Assembly (NCBI RefSeq): GCF_000002865.3 | Contig: NW_001865042.1 | Span: 906,914 to 970,913, forward strand | DNA length: 64,000 nucleotides | Direction of reading: 5' to 3' | From: Monosiga brevicollis MX1 | Lineage: Eukaryota | Shown here: positions 26,649 through 39,113 of the stretch, piece after piece | Layout: each line of letters opens with the position of its first letter | Numbering within the stretch: the stretch's first letter is position 1 | Translations under genes and position numbers: made by a program | Notes under the pieces: model-generated | The model's database searches: none | What the model was told of the DNA's origin: nothing | What the model saw: the letters and a program-made list of their open reading frames with translations, nothing else

Positions 26649-27909
26649 TTACAAAGCGGTGACGGCCTCAGGCCGTGTGGAGGCAGCAGCAAAGCTAGCC
26701 GAGCGGAGGGGGTTCGCCATGTGGAAAGTGGTTCGTGACTCGACATCGTTGACTGTTGTTTTCTTGCGGAGACGACGCTGATGAAGGCGAATCCACTATG
26801 GTCACAAATGGCAAAACATGGCCATCGTGTCAGAAGAAAAGAGCAAAGAGGCGGGCAGCGCAAAGGGGGTGGCAGCAACCCAAGGTGGCAGAAGGGGGGC
26901 GGCACAAAAACAAAACAAAACAAAAACGAAGTGCATCAAGGCGGACAATGGTCTGGGGGCACGCACATATGACTTGAATCTCCAGCCGAGTACGACGGCG
27001 ATCCCGATAAAGGCGGTGACAAAGTACAGCACGAGTGAGGCGTTGACAATTTCGTTGACGGCATATGTGGTGGAAGTGTCTTTGGTGCCCAAGGAGGACA
27101 AAATCTCTTCTGGTATCACTTCGGGCACCCAGGCATTGGACCCGCCGTCAGAATCGACTTCAGCGTAGGACTTGTGGTTAATCAAGAGCACGACAAACGT
27201 GCTTTCGCTGTCATTATGGCTCTCCCCGTTGACAATACTGCTGGGGAGATTGGTTCCGATGCAGCCTAAGCCGTCTTCGACAGCAGATTTGATGCGCGAG
27301 CGTGTGTCGTCGTCCAACTGAGGCGTGTCGATGCATGAGTGCGAGCATTCCAACAGGGGCGACTGGCTGGGCAGGGGGTTTCAGCAGGGCAGACAAAGGG
27401 TGAAGAAGCAGGGTGCGTACGTCTTCGAAGAAGATGGTCAAGGCAAGTTCGCCAATGTGGATGGTGGGCACAGGAATGCGCGACTGTGCGAATGGTAGGG
27501 GTGTACGTCAACGGTTTGCCGGATCAAGCCCATGCAGTCAGCGGTGACGCGCACATTGTTCGGCGTCGGGCACATAACGGGTAGGCAAGTGAGTCGACAT
27601 ACCGCGGCGGCACCTGAGGCATCACGAATGCCACGTTGGAGTTGAGGGAGCAGCGCTGATGTCTGATCATTGGTCAGGGTGAAGCTGCCTTCACAGCCGA
27701 TGCGAACTGGGAAGCAACCGGGCGGCGACGGCAACGGCAACGGCAACGGTGCCGCTCTGGTGAGAAGGAGACGAGGGCACCTTCATTCCCAACCCAAAAA
27801 GCGTCGTCCAGCTGGACTTACCAAAATCTTGGGCGGCCGCGGTTGCAACCAGGACAATCATCACAATCGCAAGCGAACCGCCTGGCCAGCAACACCCAAG
27901 CCCTGCCAT
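26649..27909 (-). CDS. Orphan type-I membrane protein (about 5 exons)
   Basis: Signal exon MAGLGCCWPGGSLAIVMIVLVATAAAQDF|gtaag. TM LVLYFVTAFIGIAVVLG followed by basic residues. Last exon WIRLHQRRLRKK..FHMANPLR..PEAVTAL* (TAA at 26649-26651). Internal exon limits are approximate. Confidence 0.65.
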
Positions 27910-28024
27910 GGGCACGGTGCTAAGGCGCTGATGGCGCTGCGCAGCGAAGAGAATGCGTCCCGTGCGAAGGGCGGGCGCGTCGGTTTCAATCAAAGAAGAG
28001 ATCCGAATGGAACAGTTGACAATG

Positions 28025-28262
<238 letters not shown>

Positions 28263-28443
28263 TTAAAATTAAGCGCCTTGGATCCATTTGCTGGCAACAG
28301 CAACAGCAACAGCAACAGCCAAGGGCAGCAGCCGCAACAATTTATAGGGGTTGGCAGGCAGGCAGTCGGGTCGGTTGAAGCATCATTTGAAGCGCGTCGA
28401 CTTGGGCTGCCGTGTATCTTGACAAGTGCCGCTCATCGCTGGC

Positions 28444-28881
28444 ATGACAGCGCTACTGACTGCCGCAACGGCAAGCACAATTTTTTGGATAACGGCACTG
28501 GCCGCGGGACCCGTTTGGCTGGCGGCGGTGTTCTTCCCAAAAGCTCGCGCAACGCAGCGCATATGGACGCACCGCCTTTTGCCTGTGCCGTGGGGCTTGG
28601 CATTTACTGCTCTCGTACTGCCGCGTCTAGCCTGGTGGCTTAGCATTTTCACTGATCTCGGGCTCTCCCTCACCAGCGTGCGTCAAGCCTTTGGCACGGA
28701 TGATGCCTTCCTCTTACTCTGGTGCTACATCCTCTGCTTTGACAAATGCGTGTACAGTGGCATGAATCGCCGCTTGATGGCGCGGCGCGCCTCTGCTTTG
28801 GAAATGTCCGTCTGGGCCTTGGTTACAGCCCTCTGTGCTCCCTTGGCCTTTGCCCTCTTCACACTGCTGGAGGAGCTGTGA
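28444..28881 (+). CDS. ABA4-like / DUF4281 multi-pass membrane protein, intronless
   Basis: PVWLAAVFFPKARATQR..SLTSVRQAFG..LLWCYILCFD..LVTALCAPLAFALF follows the DUF4281 pattern (P.W.L...P....T.R, SL..V..LF, W.H.L.FD, L....GP.G). Confidence 0.72.
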   Translation: MTALLTAATASTIFWITALAAGPVWLAAVFFPKARATQRIWTHRLLPVPWGLAFTALVLPRLAWWLSIFTDLGLSLTSVRQAFGTDDAFLLLWCYILCFDKCVYSGMNRRLMARRASALEMSVWALVTALCAPLAFALFTLLEEL

Positions 28882-29199
28882 TAGCACCATCGATTGGCAA
28901 CAGATTGATTGTTCTTGCGCAGGACACGCGCTAACTGAAAAAACGAAACAAAAAGGAGGGTGGTCATGATCGTGCAGCAACTGTTTGTGCCTAGGGCCGG
29001 ATAGCATTGTCTGGTCGCATGCCGCTTGCCCTGTATGTGCTGTCATTTTTCTATCAAAACGTCTCTATTGAGTGTGAGGCGAGGCCACAGTGCGCACGCG
29101 AAGGCGATGGAAGCGTGGTCTACATGAAATTGAAAGTTTTTTTTTTTCGTTATGAGCTGGTTTCAAGCGTGGAACTTTCCCTCTCGCCCCCGTTCTTGT

Positions 29200-30597
29200 A
29201 GCCTTTTCTACCACCCATGTTCACACAGACGTGATGCGTACCGGCCATATTGATCAGGGAGCACGGCGTCATGGACCAGCCAACTCAGCTGGTGTTGCGC
29301 CATCCACCTAGTCTCCAGCGGATGGCAATGTGAGTGGCAACAACGTGTGCCTAGCTGGCCTGTCAAGCGCTTGTCTGGGCGAGTGCAGCGGACCGTGGTA
29401 GCAGTTGCTCATGGGCAATGTCCGTTTCCAGCAGGACTGTGGTCAAACGATGAGGCTTGGTGGTTGTCTGTGCAAGTGAAGCATTGATGTGGTGCAAGAG
29501 GGGCCCAATCTGAGCCAGGCCATCCTCGCCAGCATAAATGGCCCCTTCATCTTCGTGTCTACAAAAAGGAAGAAGAGGAGGAGGATGAAAGAAGAAGAAG
29601 AAGAAGACAAGGGTAGCGCTTGTCATTCATGTTTGCGATCAAAGAGGTATCTGTTTGTGCGGCGCTGACATGCCTGATCTCCTCGGCAGCTGTTGAGCTT
29701 CGTGTGGTTGGTACATATGGAAGGTTGGCAACGATCAAGTCCGCTTGATCCCAAGCCAAGGCTACATCTTGTAGCCTGCCGCAAAGAACGTGGAGGCGAT
29801 CTGCTAGTCCCAATCTGATGAAAAAAGCACAGTGGCATCATTACCAGAGGTAGCAGGCTTGGGTAAATGAGACTCGAAATCGGGGCGTGGGCAGCGAATT
29901 CGTAGGGTGTTACCGTTGAGCATTGCGGCGGATGAGTGCTTGCGCGGTAGGGTGGGGTTCTACGGCGGTGACTTCAACACCTGGGCGAGTTGAGAGCAGG
30001 GCCAAGCCAATGGCCCCCGTGCCTGCACCCACATCAACAATGTGGCGTGTGTTGGACTCAAGGGACGCCAGAGCGAGGTCTACCAGCCACTGTCGAGGAG
30101 GTGATGAGTCAACGCATGCAGCCGCAGATCCCTTTTTTTGGTTGGCGGCAGCGCGTGGTAGCAAATGCAGCTGATCCGGCGAAAATGCGCAATTGTAAAG
30201 GCACACCTCTGTTTCGGGGCGTGGGATCAGCACCGGGGGCCGAACCAGCAAATCGACCTCGCAGGCGTGGAAGGGCCAGCGGCCGATTGTATATTGAAGG
30301 GGATATCTGTGAACACAGACAAAAGGCCACGTGAGGATCTGGCGAGAGGGTCTAAGCAAGATAACAGAGCCAGAAACCATCCCACCTTTGCGCGCGCCGA
30401 TGGAGCAGACGACGCCAGACAATGCGCTGGTGCCGGGTGGGGGTACTGGCCACGGAAGATGCCTCGCATTGCAGGCAATGTTCGCGCATGATACGCAAAT
30501 CAACCTCGACCTCAGGAACACCAGCCCCTCGCAGCTGCCGCCGCCCCTGCGCCAACAACTCGGCCCACCCCTGGCCGCGCCATGCTCCCAATCGCAT
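29200..30597 (-). CDS. HEMK1: HemK/PrmC release-factor glutamine N5-methyltransferase (multi-exon; 3' end uncertain)
   Basis: PLQYTIGRWPF..LLVRPPVLIPRPETE, IVDVGAGTGAIGLAL, DLIVANLPYVP, HEDEGAIYAGEDGL. Confidence 0.9.
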
Positions 30598-30725
30598 GAC
30601 CTTACCGCCACCGTGCCGCTGCACTGCCTTTCCCGCCTTCTCGCGGTGCTGGTGCTGCTTCACCACCTTTTTGTCAGCACTTCTTATCGCCAATTGTCAG
30701 ACAATCGTGGCATCCTCAACCACAT

Positions 30726-30735
30726 GAGAGCGAGT

Positions 30736-30782
<47 letters not shown>

Positions 30783-30820
30783 AAGACACGTGTTGGAAGC
30801 TATTCGCAATGCGCTTACAG

Positions 30821-30855
<35 letters not shown>
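30726..30855. repeat. (AG)n (to ~30778) and (CA)n (30822-30855) between divergent HemK and PRMT7
   Basis: Seen directly. Confidence 0.95.
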
Positions 30856-30857
<2 letters not shown>

Positions 30858-31296
30858 CTTTTGGTATTTCCTTTTGCTGCTTGTCTGGGTACGTTTTGCG
30901 CCTTCTCTTGTTCTCTGGGGGGCGCGCTCGGGTGCGCGCTCGGGTGCGCCATCTCCTCCGTGGCGGGTTCTGGGGGTCGTTGGTATGGGTCCTGATGGAC
31001 GTGCGGGTGCTGGTGCACAACTGTCTGTTGGGTGGTGTGGTTGCGGATTATTGATGCCAGTCTTCTTTGTGGGGGTGACTTCCGTGTGAACGGGGAGCGC
31101 GTTGACCGCGTGGGAGGGTTGAGCGTGCGCGTTGTGATGCTTGATCTGCTCTTCGTTTTGGGTTGGGCTGACCCTTCTCATCATTGCTGCCATTGGTGTA
31201 TTAGGTGTGAGGGTCGATCCCTGTATTGGCAACGAAAGCTCTGCTGGCTCGTGGCCCTGCACGCGCTTTTGTCTGTCTTGTGTGAGTCATCGCACG

Positions 31297-32703
31297 ATGG
31301 CCGCTCAGCCCAAATGGTTCCCGCCTGGTGCGGACTGCGACGCCAACCAGGCCGAGCTTTTTGGCCGTGACTTGGAAGAGCACTTTGAGTTGCCGGAACG
31401 CCTCGCGGACAAGAGCGCGAGCTTGGTCGAAGCCGTCAACGATTTTCACTATGCCATGCTCAACGACCACGAACGCAACGAATTTTACCGCCGCGCTCTG
31501 GCCGAGCAAATTCAGCCCTCGGATATTGTGCTTGAGATTGGCACCGGCTCTGGCCTCTTGGCCATGTTGGCTGCCAAGGCCGGTGCACGGCACGTTTATG
31601 CCATCGAAGCCAACCGTCACATGGCCCAACTCGCGCAGCACATCATCTCCGTCAATGGCCTGGCCGATCGAATTACCGTCATCAATGCCCTCTCAACCGA
31701 GGTGACCGTTGAGCATCTTGGTGGTCAGCGTGCGGATGCCCTTGTGTCTGAAATCTTGGGCACGCTCTTGTTGGGCGAGAGTGCTCTCCAGTACATCTCG
31801 GATGCCCGTGAGCGCTTGCTCAAGCCCGATGCCCGCATCATTCCCGCTGGCGGTCGTCAACTCATCTCCCTGGTCGAATCGGAGGACATTAAGAGCATCA
31901 CCTCGGTTCAATCCTGGGGTGATCTTGATCTGCGCGCGTTTAACGTCCTGCAAGATACAGTCAGCCTGGTTTTCACCAAACAGTATGGCTTCCGCTTTAG
32001 CTCCACCAAACACAAGATGATCGTGTCCAAAGCGACCGTGGCTGATGTACGTTGATTTCGACCATCAGTCTCATTCCCCGCCTCAGAAGCCGCCTCAGCA
32101 GCCGCCTCAGAAGCTTTGCCTCTTCTACCCTTTCACTTGCTCTCTGAGGCGTACAGCTGCCCTGGTACGCGTCAAGTATCCTCTAACCACGTTGCCCGTG
32201 TGGTGTTTTGCATGACAGGTGGACTTTCATACCGACGGGGAGGGGGCGCTGCCCTTGGAAATGACCGTTGAATTGACGGCGGAATGTGATGGCCGTGTGG
32301 ACGCCGTTCTGACTTATTGGGAGGCCTACGACTCGCGGGAGAAAACGAGTGTATGTTTCCTTTGCCTCGGCCTCTTCTTTTAACTTTTCTTCCTCCCTCC
32401 CCCCTTCTCACCGGTGTTCCTTTTCTCTCAGTAAAAACTGCTCACCTTATCCCTCCCTCTATCCCTTGCTCTTGATTCTTTGTCGCGATCGCGTATATCA
32501 AACAGGTCATGTCTACGGAGCCGTCTGCGACGGAAGGTAACTTTGCCCGGGACATGCAGTGGGGCCAAGCCATTCAGCTGGTCGAGGAGGCCACCGAGAC
32601 GGGCCCACAGCCTTTTCACGTCAAGAAGGGGGACAAGCTCGAGCTCGTCGTGCGCTTTTCAGAGGATTCGGCCGTGATGCAATTTTCCCTTCAACGCGCA
32701 TAA
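31297..32703 (+). CDS. PRMT7: Single-domain protein arginine methyltransferase, PRMT7 (trypanosomatid type); exons 31297-32046, 32219-32350, 32506-32703 (359 aa)
   Basis: SLVEAVNDFHYAMLNDHERNEFY, VLEIGTGSGLL, double-E loop SEILGTLLLGES, THW-loop equivalent NFARDMQWGQAIQL. Phase-0 GT-AG splicing gives an open frame. Confidence 0.88.
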
Positions 32704-33184
32704 TCTGCTCTGAGTCACTGCATGCCATCGTGTGGTTCTGCAGCGCGCTTTGATGTGCCATGGGTTGCTCAACGACCAACGTGTTTTTTGACCGCCTTCG
32801 TGCCGGCGCTCCTTTGTCCCCTCTCCTTCTTCAGTGTCCATTGTTTTGTGATTGATGCCCGGTCACCCCTGGTGCGGGCTGCTGCTGCTTGAGGGCGCCG
32901 ATTGCCTGCGAGTGTACCGGTTCTCCTGTTTATGTCTTTTCCCCGTGTGCTTTTGAGTGCTACCTGTTCTCCTTGCTACAACCTCTCAACCTACAAGATT
33001 ACGATAGAAATAGAGACCGCAATTGCGTGATTTGGCAGTGGTCTCGCGCGATTTCGGAAGACTTGGAGAAAGGTCGGAGCTGGAAAAAGGTTGAAGGAAA
33101 ATCGGCTCCATCAATTCACACAACAGCGCCCAACAATGTTTGCACGTGTGAGACGAAAATGCTCGCATAAAGACAGCGTCGTAG

Positions 33185-35438
<2,254 letters not shown>

Positions 35439-35503
35439 TCTGCTGAGTGCGCTGCCAGATGTTTGACGTCGTGCTCGAAAGAAAAAATAAAAAAATAAAA
35501 AGC

Positions 35504-35537
35504 GAGAGAGAGAGAGAGAGAGAGTGTGTGTGTGTGT
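35504..35537. repeat. (AG)n(TG)n compound microsatellite between divergent DHPS and ABCC10
   Basis: Seen directly. Confidence 0.92.
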
Positions 35538-35767
35538 CACGTTGCAAGTTACAAGTTGCAGCGTTGTGTTACGCCACCGCAGTCAAATTATCACAAGCGC
35601 ATTTGTCAGACGTTTTCCGCTGCAAGAAGCGAGCGTTGATTGTCAGACATTTATTTGAACGACGGGCGGTGCTGGCTGCGGAGTGTGTGTCTGAGCGGCA
35701 ACGGCTGGTGGTGGGACGGTGCGGAGGGGACGGCGTGTGGTCCCTGCGGGGGCGGGGGTAGGGAAGG

Positions 35768-38700
35768 ATGTGGTCGCCTTCAGAGAGCTTGGTTGAGCAA
35801 GCTGGTGTGGGCGTGTATGCCCTCGCGATTGTGCTTGCCCTATACTATGGTCACGAGGCCCAGGCCCGGCGTCGCCACGCTCAGCTGGCTCCCGGCGTGC
35901 TCCGAAGTGGTATGTCTGGCCCCATCCGTCCTCTTTGTGGAACAGCCATGACCAACGTTGCCGCCAGGGCTGCCTGTAGACTTGGGCCATGGCTTTCTCA
36001 TGTCCCTCCTCTAACTTCGTCCAACGCAGCAATTTGGGAGAGCACGGCCCTGTACCTGCTCGAGCTGCTGGCCGCCTTTACTGCTGGGTTCAGCCCGCTT
36101 GTGGCAGCTGTTGTCTTGAATCAGGCCGAGGCCTGGCATGTTGCCTTTGCGGCCTGCTGCCCGGCAGCATGGCTCTTGCATATCTATGTGCTTTCCAACT
36201 GGCCCGAGTGTCTCCTCACGCGTGGCAGCGCTCGGGTTGACCGCCTTCCTGCCCTGCTGCGCATCATCAACATGCTGGCTACATGTACGCTCTTTCTCGG
36301 AATTTCGCCACACCTTCCTCAACTTCTTGGGCTCCAAAATTGTTCCCCTGCTCCCTTCCTCTTGCGAGCATCTCTTGACTTCCTGACCACTGCACACGCT
36401 GTTCCGTGGTAGGTCATGCGGCCATGGTTTTCTACCAGGTGCTCCAACAGCCCGATGTCTTCAGCTATTACGAGCAACTCTTGAAGATGACCTATGCTGG
36501 TGGTGTCAGCGTCCTGTTTCTTGTGGCCATGGCTGGAAGATGGCTGGCACCATTGCGTCTCTTCCAGTTTACTGCAGACACTCGCTCTGTCCAGGCAACC
36601 GACGAAGGCAGTCACGGACCTGCCAGTACGCAAGGGTTGAGCCTCAATGAAGATCCCCATGATGCGGAACTCAACAATGACGATGAACGTGCGGCCCTCC
36701 TGCCAGCCCGCGACGCCCAAGAGGCGCTTCGGCGCTTGCGAGACTATCCGTCCTGTCGCCATCAAGGCCGAAGTGCCGAATCACAAAGCTGTAAGGCTTG
36801 TCAGGAGGGGGTGCGGTAGCATCAAAGAGAAGATAGCAGAAACAGCGAGTACCTCGCTTGCGTGGGATTTGCTTCTTCCCTTGCGCTTGCATGTCCCCGC
36901 GCCAAAGCCGCACTCACCTTGCCCCTCATCATGGGCTCGTGAATGCACCGCGTTTGCAGCAATATTATCCAAGCTCTTCTTCACATGGGTCACACCACTC
37001 ATGGTGTATGGCTACGTGGTATGTTTTTCACGAGGGTGCTTGTTCGTTCAACATCGTTTCAGACGGTCAACTTGACCACACAGCTACAAGACCTCACACT
37101 TGATTATAACGACAATCTTCTCGTGCAGTGCCGTCAGCTCGAGTGGCTGGACCTGTTTCGTCTGCCCGGAACCCTCAATACGGCCCAGCTCTGCGCCCAA
37201 TTTAGCGCACGCCTTCGGAACACTGTACGCGATGCAATTCTTTGTCGCTGATAACGAATCCCGGTCGACTTTCTCCGAAAAACCTGTGGGGTTGATTTCT
37301 GATGTTTCTCGGAACTGCATTTGTTTCGTACCGACCATGCAGCTACCTTCCTTGAGCAGCTCAGGCCATCCTTTGTTGGCAGCTTTCAACCGGTTCGTGC
37401 AGCACTGGTGAAAGTATGCCGGCGTATATCTTGACGCCAGTTGTAACCCGACACGCGAAGCCGCCTTTGTCATGGCTCTCTGGGTGAAGCACTCTCGTGG
37501 GCGGCTCTTGCCATTGGCATCTTACCTTTTGGCGGTCATGTGTGCAGGGAGTATGGGTGGCGATTTTATCCACTGGGAATTTTGCGTTTCCTGGCGGACA
37601 TGTCCAAGTTTGTGGGCCCCATCGTCTTGCATGATTTTGTAAGTATCTCCAGGTTGCACCCTGGTCGCGTTTGACAGCAAAGCCTTCTCATGAGAGCGAC
37701 CTTGAATCGGCCCTCCTCGACAGTTGGATTTGATTGAGAGTCCAACGGGAGACACGCATAAAGCCTTCCTCTATGCAGGTACGGCACTTTTCCCATTGGC
37801 CAATTTGCGAATGTTGCGGGCATCGGACTGCTGCGTCTACCTCACACTCAAGCTGTGCTGCTGTTTGTTCTGACTTGATTCTCGGTCTTGCAGGCATCAT
37901 GTGTGTGGCTTTTGGCGTCGGCGCGCTGTGCGATGTGCATTACAATCTGCGGGTGCGTATCACTGGTCGCGCCGCGGCCGGCTTGTGGTCTTGCTGGATG
38001 TCACGACATGCCGAGGCGTCTGTAGGTATCCAAAGTTCAAGTGGCAGTCGGTGCAGCCGTCATGTCCTCCGTGTTTGGCAAGGCCCTAAGTACGCGCATC
38101 GCCAGTCCAGATGACGAGGACGAGGATGACAAGAGTGAAGAGAGGACGGATGAAGAGGAAGAGCCCACGGCCAAACAGCGTGTAGCCAACGGCGCCGAAG
38201 AGATGGCTGAACCAGTGGCCAACTCCCGCAGTGACAGGGGCGACAGGTCACAGGCCCCGGCGACTTCGACAGCAAAGCAGGATGGGGAGGTCCAAGAGGA
38301 ATTCGGCACCACCGGTGCCGTCATGAACCTAATGTCCACAGATTGTGACCGCATCATCAATTTTTGCAACAGCTTTCACGCTTTCTGGAGCCTGCCGTGT
38401 CAAATTGCCCTCGCTCTTTACCTTCTTTATCGACAGGTATGTCGTTGACAGCCTTGGGAATCCATGTGCCATGCAAAAGGAGTCAAGCGAAGCGAGAAGG
38501 AAGTGGGTGTGTCAGTGTTGAGGGCGAACGGGCGCTGTCGTGGGTTTCCCATGGTCGACGGCCTCTTTCGACGATCCTCGTATCTTGAACATGACTTGCT
38601 GCCTCTTTGTTTGACTTTGGGAACAACCCTCGTTACAGGTGGGCCTAGCCTTTGTCGCAGGCTTGGCGTTTGCCATTTTGATGATTCCATTCAACAAGTA

Positions 38701-39058
38701 CATCATGGATCGCGTGGGTGTGTTAAGCAAGGAAATGATGACGCACAAGGATGCACGCGTGGCCTTGATGAATGAGATTTTGGCTGGGATTCGCGTGGTC
38801 AAGGCTTTTGCTTGGGAAGACTCTTTTATTGCTCGCATCGATGCTGTCCGCGCCCTCGAGCTCAAAGCATTGAAGGGTCGAAAGTACCTTGATGCCGTTT
38901 GCGTCTATCTCTGGGCCACCACTCCGATTTTGATTTCCATTCTGACTTTTACCACCTATGTGCTCTTGGGTCATGAGCTGACCGCGGCCAAGGTCTTCAC
39001 GAGCTTGTCATTGTTCAACATTCTGATTGGTAAGCTTGAGACTTGTCCTTTGCACAAC

Positions 39059-39113
<55 letters not shown>

